The translations under genes and the position numbers were made by a program. Shown in pieces: positions 1-13,170 of a stretch of 64,000 bases of DNA. Source of the stretch: Catajapyx aquilonaris. Taxonomy: Eukaryota. Location: positions 1-64,000 of the forward strand of contig KZ538415.1 in the NCBI GenBank assembly GCA_000934665.2, written 5' to 3'. Numbering within the stretch: the first letter of the stretch is position 1; every line of letters starts with the position of its first letter. The notes under the pieces were generated by a model. It saw nothing but the letters and a program-made list of their open reading frames with translations, was not told where the DNA came from and ran no database searches.

Positions 1-497
1 CGCCTGCCAGAATAGCTCCTCCCCCAAAATATTCCTCTCTGGATCCGCCTCTGTTGAAGCAACCCTTCACACCGACCCCACGTTAAGGAGGTGTGTGCGT
101 GCGAAGGGTTGCTTCAAGACCAGGATAAAGTGGCCAAAAGTATTTGAACCTGATAGTACATCATCATGATCATGATCATCATCATCATCATCATCATGAT
201 CATCATCATCATCATCATCAGCCTTCACGGCTTTATTATAGGTTATTATATATTTTTATATTTTCATGCTTATGTTTTTATATAATTATTTTTTATAATA
301 TATTTTATACAGGGTGACTCTAAAGTCAGCTCAATACATAAGTAATTATTGGATTGTATGTGACACCTGTGCAAACTCAAAACTTTACTGATGACTGTCA
401 TAAATATGTTGGAACAACAAAATAATCCAATTACCTATCGTAGTGATATTTTAAACACCATTAACATCATCAACAACAACAACAACGATAATAATAA

Positions 498-540
<43 letters not shown>

Positions 541-551
541 AATAAAATAAA

Positions 552-822
552 GGAGGCCTGGTGGTGTAGTGGTTACGCCACTGGCCAGCCAAGCGGGAGG
601 TCCGGGGTTCAAATCCCGTCCCCGTCACCTCGTCTGCTTGGCCGGGTCTTTTTCCGCTTTTCACCCGACATGCCGGGACAGAATTGCACTCCCTACTCTG
701 ACCAGGGCCAGGAGAAAAGGCCTGGTGTAAGCTATTTCAGAAAGTCAGAAATGACTATAGCGCGCGCCCTCGGGAACCTCCCCTTCCTCTCTAAAAGGGC
801 TCTGCCCTATCACTGGGTATTT
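552..822 (+). mobile_element. tRNA-derived SINE (family B) with A-rich/microsatellite tail
   Basis: A box TGGTGTAGTGG (562-572), B box GGTTCAAATCC (606-616), ~200 nt non-tRNA body, followed by (ATAAAA)n(AAT)n tail. Single copy in the window. Confidence 0.7.
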
Positions 823-1001
<179 letters not shown>

Positions 1002-1671
1002 AGGAAACTGATTATACATCATATGTTTACATTGCATGATTGCATCAATTAGCCTATATTTATTATATTATTATTTTAGTATTATTTACTCAAATATTAT
1101 TTAATAAGGATAACATACGATTTTCCACTCTCAGCATCAGAGAGGATATAATTTCGGAATTTTCTTGATTCACCCTGTACTCATTTTGTTCTGAACTGCT
1201 ACGCTACTTTGAGCCCAAGATATGAGCTCAGTAGCTACTTGCGACTGCTACTGCTACAATCGCTTGTTACAATCTGTTGTTTGTCACTATTATTTGCACG
1301 TACAATGAAAACTGAGCAATTGCAATGCGCAATAGTGAACTCTAATTGTGCGGTAATACCCCCATCAGGTTTTATCCTCCCAGAATAACGTGTCAATGTC
1401 TCTGAAACTGTCAAATTCATGAACAGAATGTAACAGGTATTTGACAGGTAACAGTTACCCTAAGCAGGATCAAGATGGCCGACGATTGAAGAACTACAAA
1501 ATATTGCAGGACATTTTCCTGCTCCTGTTTTGCCAGCCTGACTCAAGATCCAAATGTGAAGTAGTGAACTAGAAGTGTGAGTGTACGACCAGCAGTTATG
1601 CCCTAGGTTCAGCTGAATGTTATTGTTCCGCACTGAGCATGTAATGTTGCAATTGCAGATCAGAGAGGGGA

Positions 1672-3442
1672 ATGAGCTACAACTCTCCTTCTGCAAACGG
1701 GGGGCCTTCCCGCCCACTCTCAGCACGGCTGGAGGATCTGGCCCTCAACGACGAGGCAGCCAACCAGGCACACCACCAGCAGCCGCAGCCTGTCAACGAT
1801 CCGCCGCCTCAAAACATGCTGCACAATCCTCCTCAGCATGCAAACCCAAACTGCGGACTGGAAAGCGCAGATCAAGAGCCTGTCACATCAAATGTGTCTA
1901 ACCATCCGCTTGGAAACGGGACCGTCCCGCGTCGAGTGTACGCATCGGCAGCCGCACCAGTATCCCCATCCGCATCGCTCCATATGTACAACTGGCAGGC
2001 GACAAAGCAAACCGTGAAGGAACGAATCGCATTTCTGTTCAACAAGGAAGTACTAAGCGACGTCCACTTCATCGTCGGAAAAGGTACAAAACCGATACCA
2101 TATAATTAAAAGTACTTGCACAATTTAAATTTGCAGGCTGCCAGCAGCAGCGTATTCCTGCGCACAAGTTCGTGCTGTCTGTTGGAAGTGCCGTGTTTGA
2201 TGCGATGTTTAACGGCACTTTAGCCACGCAAGCAGACGATATCGAGCTGCCGGACGTCGAACCGGCTGCTTTCCTGGCCCTCCTGCGTTTCCTGTATTCG
2301 GATGAGGTGCAGATCGGACCTGAGACTGTCATGACCACCCTATATACCGCCAAAAAGTATGCAGTTCCAGCGCTGGAGAAACACTGCGTTGATTTTCTGG
2401 AGCGGAACCTGAGCTCCGACAACGCATTTATGCTTCTGACTCAAGCCCGCTTGTTTGACGAACCGCAGTTGGCCTCGTTGTGTCTGGAAGTTATTGATAA
2501 GAACACGGCTGAGGCGCTAGCAGCAGACGGGTTCACAGACATCGATCAAGACACTCTCTGTGCTGTACTGCAGCGTGATACGCTCCGTGTTAGAGAAGCC
2601 AAGCTTTTTCAGGCCGTCGTCAGGTAACATACAAGTTGTACGTACCATTGCTATTTTTAACAATTCTTGTACCAGGTGGTCTGAAGCGGAGTGCCAGCGC
2701 CAGGAGCTCCCGCTCACCCCGGAGAACCTGCGGTCGATCCTCGGCCGTGCGCTGTACCAGATCCGCTTCCCGCTGATGACGGTCGAGGAGTTTGCAATGG
2801 GAGCGGCCCAGTCTAACCTCCTCTCTGACCGGGAAATGGTCTCCCTTTTTCTATACTTCACCGTAAATCCAAAGCCGGCCGTCAGCTTCCTGGACGTCCC
2901 CCGCTGCTGCATGACAGGGAAGGAGCAGACAGTCTGCCGCTTCCAGCATATTGAAAGCCGGTGGGGCTATTCTGGCACAAGCGACCGGATTCGGTTTGTG
3001 GTGGACCGCCGCATATTTGTGGTCGGATTCGGACTGTATGGCTCGATCCATGGTCCAACCGAGTACGACATCGACATCCAAATAATCCACACCGGCTCCG
3101 GGAAGGTGTGTGGGGCCAACCACACCAGCTTCAGTTGTGATGGGTCCAACTCCACATCAAGGGTCATGTTCAAAGAGGCCGTTGAGATCATGCCCAATAC
3201 CAATTACACTGTCTCGGCCACGCTCAAAGTACGGCACTTGTCGTCATACTTGCGGTACTTTACTTAACATACTCTGATTGCAGGGTCCTGATTCGCATTA
3301 CGGCACAAAAGGAGTGCGCAAGATAACGATGGACTGCCCCAACGGCGGGAAGGTGACCTTCATGTTCTCCTACTCCGCCGGGAACAACAACGGGACGTCC
3401 GTTGAGGACGGCCAGATACCAGAGATAATATTCTACACCTAG
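1672..3442 (+). CDS. BTBD2: BTB/POZ-BACK-PHR protein, BTBD1/BTBD2-like (Cullin-3 adaptor); exons 1672-2083, 2137-2623, 2676-3228, 3284-3442
   Basis: GT-AG introns of 52-55 nt keep frame; [27 protein letters not shown] (BTB), [13 protein letters not shown] and C-terminal [19 protein letters not shown] (PHR) typical of BTBD1/2. Confidence 0.93.
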
Positions 3443-3775
3443 TTAAATATTAATCCTTATAAATGTTTAATCTTGGAATTAAAACGCAGCTAGTCATTGC
3501 CCCAATTTATGGCCATGACGTAACTGCTGCCATTCCAGTTAAAAAAGACAGAGAGAAATTATTGTAGATCCACCATTGCCCCAATACTTAAAAATCTGTA
3601 CTCATAATAATTACTGGTTGTAAATAATTTGCTTCCCAATTGCGAATAAAGATATACTGTAACCATCATTGAACTTTTCATGCGCACATCCTGTACTATC
3701 AGCGCAGTATCATTGCAGATACATAAAGTAGTCCAGAAGAATATTGCACTTCCGATGAGGTCAAGGACAACCCAG

Positions 3776-3832
<57 letters not shown>
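3776..3832. repeat. (ATT)n microsatellite
   Basis: Directly visible. Confidence 0.95.
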
Positions 3833-5273
3833 GCTAAGAAATACTGCTGAGTCTACTACGAGGTCTGCTACAATATTTCTCACATTAAAATAAATATTTC
3901 ATAAATGTAATAAATTATACAAATACTGTTATAATGTATAAAATATGGTATAATAATATATACTCTAATATGTAATATAATATACAAATATATTTAAATG
4001 CATATAAATAATAAAATAGTTCTATTTTAATAAAATCTAAATAATATGAAATGTGCATGTAATAAATATAATGGCATACATTTGTAGAATCAATTTAATT
4101 GAAAGTTTTGAAATTTAATTCGGGGTTAAATGAAAATGTTAAATTACATTAACTCCACAATGCTCCACAAATAAAACGCGTAGTAGTAGTAGTAATAATA
4201 TCATTTTGTCCAAGTATTTGTCAGGTTTTTATAAATAATTCATAAATGCAATAAATTATAATATGTAATAGAATAAAGGGAATAATGTAATGTAATATAA
4301 TAAATGGTATAATGTAATGTGCCTATAATAATATAGCCTGTACTCTCTATTATATTATGTAATATATTATACAAATACCATAGTTTATCCCAAAGCACAA
4401 AACGTTGGGCCAATATTGGACGAATGTTGGCCTATATCTAGCCAGTCTGAATCCAATATTGGGCCAATATTGGCAGCAGATCTATTGCCATTCAAATTCA
4501 ATATAATTATATCGGCAAGAAATACATCTAAATATGAAACTGTGATTTAAAATATATTTTACAAGACATATAAATATAAGGTACAGTATAAAATGTGATG
4601 TAATAAGTTTAACGGAAATACATATTTGATTTGTAGAATGAAATTAATATATCATTTTAAAATTAATGTAATATAATACTCATGGCATCCCCAGCAGTTA
4701 GAATAACCTCCAATAGATGGCAGAAGCGCACCAATGACACGGGGCACCAACAGCTATAACAGCTACGAGCATTTTTAACCAGCTACATCAGGTAATTTGC
4801 GCTCATAATGACCCGCTAATTAATTCCATATATTGCTAGCCACAAATGACGCCATTTAATCGCGAATAAAAATGATAATTTAAACGCGTGGATAATTATC
4901 CTAAATTCAATATGGGAATAGCTGTTACTCGACCAGCAGCCAACGTATAGCCGTGAGTGCCCCCGCCCGGCTAGACCTCCTGATAATATAGGCTAAGAAG
5001 ATGGCGTCTTTGGGTCTGGCCCATTCCGTTGATCCCCCGATGATCTTGGGTTGATTTCGGGTGTCCTAATATTAGCCCTGGCGTCTCTGGATTTGGCCCG
5101 GGTTGGCGGAGGGGACGTGCGTGGGATGCGGGTCGCTCGCAGGTGAGGTTATTGCGACTCACGGTGGTCGTCTCGTTGCATCAGTCGTGTACAGGGGGGT
5201 TGACGTGTATCAATGCAGATGATGTTTTAATGGAATGTCCTTTTTTCTTCGAAGAGAGGTTTGCCGGGGCTAG

Positions 5274-8200
5274 ATGAGCGGCAAGGCTCGCCCTTTGGAT
5301 GCGGCCTCCGAGGCCGCAGCGAGAGTCAACGCAATGCTGATCGCAAAGGGGAAGCTGAAGATACCCGGGGCGCCTCCGAGCAAAGCAAAAGCAAGTGTCC
5401 AGTCGAATAATCAAGTTAGTCGCATTCCTTAGCAGATTTACATGCAGGGGGAAGGGAAGGTGGCCGCTCGCCTAATGTACGTACCCAAGGGGAGTACACA
5501 GGGGGTTGCACTTGTACGTCAGCCGTACACGTATTTGCACATAGGCAAGTGTACACATCATTATTGTGCAGAAGTTGCACGTAAGTGTACGCACAATTGT
5601 ACTTGAAGTGTATGCCGGATCATGCACAAGCGTACACTTAGTTATACTTGAAGTGTACTACATCCACTTAATTGTACGTCCACTTAATTGTACTTGAAGT
5701 GGACGTCCACGTAATTGTATGTCCACTTAATTGTACGTTTGAAGTGTACGTCCACTTAATTGTACGTTTGAAGTGTACTTCCACTTAATTGTACGTTTGA
5801 AGTGTACGTCCACTTAATTGTACTTGAAGTGTACGTCCACGTAATTGTATGTCCACTTAATTGTACGTTTGAAGTGTACGTCCACTTAATTGTACTTGAA
5901 GTGTACGTCCACTTAATTGTACTTGAAGTGTACGTCCACTTAATTGTACTTGAAGTGTACTTATGATTATTCACAAGCATACAGTTAATTGTATTGGAAG
6001 TGTACGTCCAATTCTTATCTACAGTAGTACACACTTAATTTGCTTGAAGTCTACATATGATTATGCACAATCATGTTCACTTGAAGTATACGTCTCATTA
6101 TGCACAATCGTACACTTAATTGTACTTGAAGTGTATGTCTGATTATGAACGAGCATTCACGTAATTGCACTTGAAGCATGCATCCACAATACATATTTGC
6201 ACTTGAAGCATACACGCATAATTATGATTGGACTTGAAGTGTATGTCCGATTACGCAAGCGGTTAACTCCTTACATGTAGTACGTACCTGTCGTGTGTAC
6301 GAGTTTAAATGTAGACTGCATTTTAAATTGGGATGTTTCTGGGGGGGATTTTAGCAAACTGGAGGGTCGAAGGTCACTGGTGACCTGTACACTGCCGAGG
6401 TGGAGATAAATGACGCCCCGCTTTCGGCCAGAAACTTGCTGACCCGAGGTCACACTCAGGATGAGATAAACAAGCATTCAGGTAACATTTTCCGAGCAAT
6501 GCAACATGATAAAACCCGTCTGTAATTTCTACGATTTTAAAAATTTGTTCAGGAGCTGCCGTCTCAACCAGAGGCAGGTATATGGCATTTGACGAGAAAT
6601 CAAAAGCCGTTGGTGAGCGGCCTTTGTACCTGTACGTACAGGCTTCGGAAAAAGGAGCCGTTGAAAGTAAGTGGCTCGTTAATGCTGCCTTCATGAGACG
6701 TTGATTGTCCAACATTTTTCCCAGTGGCTGTGCAGCAGATCCAGGAGATAATCCAGCATCATGTGAGCCAGCAGCAGAACAGGCGAGGAAACAAGTTTGG
6801 CAAGTTTGGCCCAAGGAGCCGACAAGTTAACGGACCACAAGGCCCACAGCAGGGTCCGCCTCCTCCGCCTCTAATGAGTCTGCAGACCTCCATACCTTCT
6901 GTGAGTGATGCGCCGTATAAAAGTAATGAGAGTTGATTAATTTTGTCATCATTTTCAGGAGAAGGTATTTGTGGGTATGGACCACGTGCCTGTAGCATTT
7001 GATCTCAAGATGAGGGTGGCTGGAAATATGGGGGCGAATCTACAGTACATCAGCAGCGAAACTGGAACCATGGTGACCCTCCGAGGACGAGGGTCAGGCT
7101 ATCCCGAAATGGGATTGGACGCGGAATCGCCAGAACCTATGCACATTTATCTTGAGTAAGTCAGACCGGGTCATACTGTACATATTCGACATTTTACGTG
7201 AGCTTCTTTGTAGGCACCCTAAACTCGAGGCGCTTCAAAACGCAAAGGTTCTCGCTCAGAACCTAGTCGAGACCCTACAGCAGGACTTCGCAGAGTGGGA
7301 CCAACAACAACAACAGCAACAACAACAGGTGTTACATCAGCAGCAACTTGCAATGCTTGCACTACAACAGCAAGAGCAACAGCAGCAACAACAGCAGCAA
7401 CAGTACGTGGCGCCACCTCCACAGATGCAGCTGCAATCGGTGACGCTGCAGCAGCAACCAATTTATCCGATAGACGGCCAGCAACATCATGTGCTGTTGG
7501 TGCAGCAACAGCCGCAGCAGCCTCCGCAGCAGATTGTGCATACGACATATCTGCAGGTACATGTTCTGTTTTCTCGAGTGTCTTCAGGTTCATCGCAAGT
7601 GTTTCAGGCGCAGATGGTGGGAGCTGATGGCCTTCCTCCACCGCCTCCGCCGCCCATGCAGCAGGTTGTGTCATATCCGATGTACCAGCAAAGAGGGATC
7701 GAGAATGTAATGGCTCCACATCCGCATATGCACACTCCTCCATTGGAGATGATCCCAAACCATGGTCCACACTCGCCAGGGAATCCGCCAACTCCTCCCG
7801 ATGTTATGCATCATCCTAACATTCACATGCATCCGCACAAGCGGCGGTTCCAAGAGGACATAGCCGACGAACATGAAAAGCAGTTCCAGGTAAGCAAATT
7901 GCGACCAGATCATATGTCAACATGTGAACGTTGGTAATTCTTCCAGGCCATGCATGGTCTGGCGGCAGTGATGGGTCACCATGCCGTAGCCGCTAATCAG
8001 CAAATGATCGCTTCGGCTGGGTGAGTCGTCATATCTCTAACGACATTATTTTCCAGTCCGCATGTTGACCTGCTGTTGATTTTTCAGGATAGTAATCGCC
8101 AGTTTTATCATTTTGGTTTCCTCCCCTCGCCCGATTAATGCAAACGAAAAACATGTTAGGTACTGAGATTTTGTGACTTCAAACTTTTGCATGCAATTTA

Positions 8201-11200
8201 CAAGTGAGTCACAATATGCACGATGGATGAGCAACTTTTGAGCAAATTTTTTTCCAGGTCTCATGCACCAAATATTTACTATGTATGGTCGACAGACTAA
8301 CTGTTTTATTTATTTTTCGTAACAAGTGATTTATAGTCCTGAGCTCAAAAAAAAAAAAAAAAAAACCCGGAGCTAAATTAATAAGAAATTGGCTGAATAT
8401 AAAGCAAAAAGTGATTGTCACATGTACTTATTTTTTTTACTGGAAACTGACGCGAAAATTCTTTAGTCACTCAGGTTTTGGAATGGCTGAAAAATATGAA
8501 AAAGCCTCCTCAAAAGGCCAAGGAAATTAATGGATTTAGAGTTTGAATCTAGGACAGTTTGGGGACATACTTCCGTGGTTCTATCTAGAAGCGTGTCATT
8601 GTTGAGAAGTGTATACTTCCCAGTGTATATTGTCGTCTTCATGTGAGGATTACAAGTTCATGTACGTAAACATGTAGGAATTAATACGAGTACGTAAGCA
8701 CTGAAAAATCTGAAGGGCTCTATCGTAAAAGAATAAGTAATCAAAATGGGTAATGTAAAATGGCAGGTTGTCTCGTTAACAAATTAATTGCACTGGAAAT
8801 TTATTTTAAACGTTTTAATGAACTGGTCTGCTAACCTATTGGGAATTCGTTTTCGTCAATTTGATATTTTCTGTACGGCTCACTTTCATGGAGGCAATAA
8901 TTATTTGAAACAAATAAGTAGTGTGAAATTAATTGCACTGGAAAATAATTTTTTTACATGTTAATGTTGGGCAAATGTTTTCTTCAATAATTGTATGTTT
9001 CCTATATGGCTCACTTTCATGGAAGCAATAATTAATATGGAAGAAACGAGTCGTTGCACTGGAAAATATTTTTTTTTACATTTTAATGAACTGGTGCGCT
9101 TACATGTTGAAAAAATTTTTCCCCTTCAATTCTATGTTTCTCTATGCGGTTCACTTTCATGGAAGCAATAATTCATGCGGAAGAAACGAGTAGCGGGAAA
9201 TACATTCTCACATGGAGACTGAAATGCCGTGTCTTGACCATGTTAATCGCTTTCTTTGCCTGCAACCAACTCCTCCTCGGGAGTTCATCACGGACACCGT
9301 CCCTTGTAAAACCACAAAAAGGTGGGACCAATGAGCTGAAGTCTTGACTGGCTTTCTCCAAATGCAGCATGAACGATCGGGGCGTACCTCCCAGCCAGCA
9401 GCCACAGCATCCGGGACACCAGCAGCCGGGGCAGCCGCATCACCAGGGCATACTGATGCCTCCTCCCTCTTCTCAGCCATTGGGCTTGCCCCCCCCACCA
9501 CCACCACCACCACCACCTCATCATCATCATCATCCGCATCAGCATCAACAGCAAGAGAGAGATAAGCAGCTAATGCCACCTCCTCCCGCCCCGCCTCCCC
9601 CTCCTCCTCCAGCTACACCGCCGATACAGCCAACACAACCACAGTCACCTCCGCAACCACAACCACCCCCTCCCCCAGGTTGGTAGATGATAAGACAAGT
9701 TCTGTTCTAGTCGGCAGGACTGCTTGAGCTGGCAACTTCCGAAACATTCAATAAAACGAATTTACCGCACATGCCGAATGGAAAAAAGGAAGTTGCCAGG
9801 TCGCAACAAAAATTAACAGTTAGCCCTTTCCTTCCAGCAGGTTTATATTTATAAAAAAATATAGTGCGATTTAAGATCGGGAACTGTTAAATCATGTCCA
9901 AAAATACATTATGATATTAATATGTTGGCTTCCTCTCTCATAGGAGTCTTTGAAATGTAAGTTACGGCAATTTGTCCCATTTGTTTAGGGTGATTGCATT
10001 TGCGTAAGTTCCCACAAAAGAGATTAATTTATTTTCGGAAACCTTCCGTCCAGTGCCCTACTTATTTTTAATATTATAGAAGCAACATGGATTAATGTAG
10101 AAGCGACATTAATTAATATAGATTTTTACGCACTTTATGACTGACATTTGGCGACTTTTGGTGATGGGAGGGGGCGAATTTTGAAGTTCACGGCAGATCT
10201 TTTAACAGAGTTTAGATTTCAGCTGCAGTTTTTTGGTAACTCGATATAAACTTGAGAGGACAGTTACGACTAGGCGACTGTTTAACTTTGTTCTTAATAT
10301 GTTTTGCATGAATTTAGTTATAGTGCATGTACGGCCCATGTTGTAGTCGCACTGATTAGTTACACTTCATAGTTCTTTGTAGGCATGTGGCGTCTTTGTT
10401 TTCTTCGGGAAAAGTAGTTGCGAGTTTATGTAGCCATGTAGACAATTTAATTACCATGTGAACTTTTCAACCTTATGTTCATAAGGCTGGAAATTAACCG
10501 TAATTAATTACTTTGTCGTACGAATGGCTGAGCTTCATCTTTATTGGGGAACTAACAAGTTATTTCCGGCCCGACAAGTAGTTTTCCTACTATTTTTTGG
10601 CTTTCAGGATTTTTCATATATGACTTTTTGTTGCTTGTTGTTGTCGTTGGCTGTTTTTTCTAATTACAAATTGGTTTATTTATTTATTCCAGATAAATCT
10701 GCTTTGTTTTCGTGCAATTGCTGAATTTTCATGAAAGGTCGTTATTTTAGAGAGAGAAATATTTACACACACACACACAAAAAAAAAACACTCCAGAAAG
10801 TGCTCATCTTTTTTGAGTTTGGCTATTTTTCCAGGATGCCCCCGACCCCCTCGACCCCTGTGGTAATTTTTCATTCTTGTGTAATCGTTGCTCTTTCCCA
10901 CTTTTTACATGTCTTGCCGCTATACTTTTTTTTTAAACAATACCTTGTGTGCGTGTGTATGTCCCTTTTACTAATAATTGAAAACGAGCAGTCCACAGCA
11001 AAATAGATGGATTTAATTTTTAAAGTCTTTCTCACTCTTTCTTCCGACTCTCTTCCCTCTCCGCAACTCTCGGAATGTTCATTGATCGTGTCATGACCTC
11101 TGCAGCACCGTTAAATGTGCTCATGGATAGCGAACTGAAAAGTCAGTCATAATGATAGGATAGGTGCTCCCTAAGACAGAATAATTATAGGAATTTTTTT

Positions 11201-11726
11201 GCAGTGTTCACCGTCAGACTCGGTGGACAGCAAGTTAAACGGATAATTGTTTCTTTTAACTGTAGGTGAAAAGCGAGGTGGGAATGAACCCGAGGTGAAG
11301 CGACTTAAAGGACAAGCCAATAATGTTCAGGGTGAGTACTCCGTAAAGTCCCATTTAGTTGAAGGGTTAACGAGCATTGTGTTTGCAGTGTATATGACCG
11401 CAGATGGCAACAATCTGCCAGAGGAGTTCCAGCCGCATCTTCTGCAACCGCAGTACTTGGATCCATCGCAGATGCAGCCACAACCGCAGATTATCGAGGA
11501 GCACCCGCGGCCTTACCTCCCATTGAACTACTATGTGCGACCGCAAACTCAGGCGTACCAGGGCAACCCGTACCCGCATCCGCCGCCTCCGCCATCCACG
11601 CCGCAACTGCAGCCCCAGCCGCAGCCTCCAAACCACCACAACGGCTACCAGCAACCACAGCCGCAGAATTCGAGCGTGTCGTTTTACTACAATCCAAGCG
11701 TTCCATTTTGGGTATCTCCGCAGTAA
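5274..11726 (+). CDS. KHDC4: KH homology domain-containing protein 4 (BLOM7) splicing factor; exons 5274-5414, 6355-6481, 6553-6666, 6725-6900, 6959-7155, 7214-7556, 7608-7889, 7947-8020, 9368-9678, 11266-11331, 11389-11726
   Basis: Phase-consistent GT-AG exons encode [83 protein letters not shown] and C-terminal PFWVSP, all hallmark KHDC4 motifs. Confidence 0.9.
5600..6250. repeat. Minisatellite, ~27-bp unit GTGTACGTCCACTTAATTGTACTTGAA, in KHDC4 intron 1
   Basis: Near-perfect units at 5680-5960, degenerate toward the edges. Confidence 0.9.
8780..9200. repeat. Degenerate ~120-145 bp tandem triplication in a KHDC4 intron
   Basis: TTGCACTGGAAA recurs at ~8788, 8933, 9054 and CACTTTCATGGA at ~8881, 9012, 9152. 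Confidence 0.75.
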
Positions 11727-12379
11727 AGAGGTATATTTACTGTGTTTACTCGCATGTAATTGATCCTCCGACATGGAAAGCCAACGATTTACTTTTATTG
11801 AGGTGATATCATCGCTGTATTTTGCAAATTATTTACAAATTGCAATGTGGTACCATGTACGAACTAAGCCTGTGTTAGCTACAACAATGCGCTTCACCCA
11901 GTTGTGATCTTAACTGTTGCCATGAGCTGAGCTGAATTAATGGTAATGAGGTGAAACGTTCCATGCTTTTGGCTGGTCTCGCACTGTAGCACTGTACATT
12001 GTCTGAATATGTAGCTTACGCGTACTATGCAATTTCGATAGTAGCCCACTCGGTTCCCTTCCAAACTACCTATTTGTACGGAGGCGTCACATGCGAGTAA
12101 ACACATTCATTATCCGGAGAAGAAAGTAACTATACTAGACTGTTTCTATGAAATAGTTAGTAAATTTGTTTCTATCAAAACTTCTATACAAAAACACTTC
12201 ATAATCTACCCCCCCTCCAATGTGTTAAATATTTGTAATAAATATGTTGAGATGTAAACGGCATTTAAACACTCATTTTACATGAACGTAGAATTGGCTC
12301 GAGCCTGTGACTCTGTACCGGATGAGTCATCAGTCACCATCTATGTGATAGGTATGGTACTGCAGCCATATATAGTTGC

Positions 12380-13170
12380 CAGGGGTGCCTATTGTATAAA
12401 AATAATTAGCTAATAGCTAAACGCTAAACTATAATGGGGTAACTAGTATTTAACAAACTAATAACTTATGAAACTAATAAGTAATAACTAATCCAATAGC
12501 ATGTTTTATTAGATATTAGTGAAATAACTTCACTAATAGCCAAACTCATAACTGATCAGACTAATAACCAAACTATTAGTCATGTATTATTAGATATTAG
12601 GGAAATAATTAATTACTATTATAGCCAGACTCAACTGATAATACTATAATAGCTAATAGCCATGTTGTATTAGCTATTAGTGAAATAATAACTAATTACA
12701 TAAATAGCTAAACTCAGAACTGAAAGCTAATAACTACAGTAAGCCTAATAGTCATGGTTTATTAGCTATCAGTGAAATAACTAATTACATTAATAGCTGA
12801 ACTCATTGCATTAGCTATTAGCAAGCTATTAGTGAAATAACTTGTAGCATTAATAGTTAAACTCATTGCATTAGCTATTAGTGAAATAACTTGTAGCATT
12901 AATAGTTAAACTCATTGCATTAGCTGTTAGTGAAATAACTTGTAGCATTAATAGTTAAACTCATTGCATTAGCTATTAGTGAAATAACTAATAACATTAA
13001 TAGCTGAACTCATAACTGATAAAACTGATAGCTAAACTCATAACATACCGTACTGATAATTAACTAATAACTGTACTCATAACTGATAAAGCTATAGCTA
13101 ACTCATAATTAAACCGATAAATTTAATAATACTCGTAAATACTAACCGATAAAACTGATGGCTTGAGTAA
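12380..13170. repeat. TAGCTA-rich minisatellite (49-bp unit in its core), possibly the subterminal array of a DNA-transposon remnant starting CAGGGGTGCC
   Basis: GCATTAGCT(A/G)TTAGTGAAATAACT recurs at 12868, 12917, 12966; degenerate copies either side. Confidence 0.8.
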
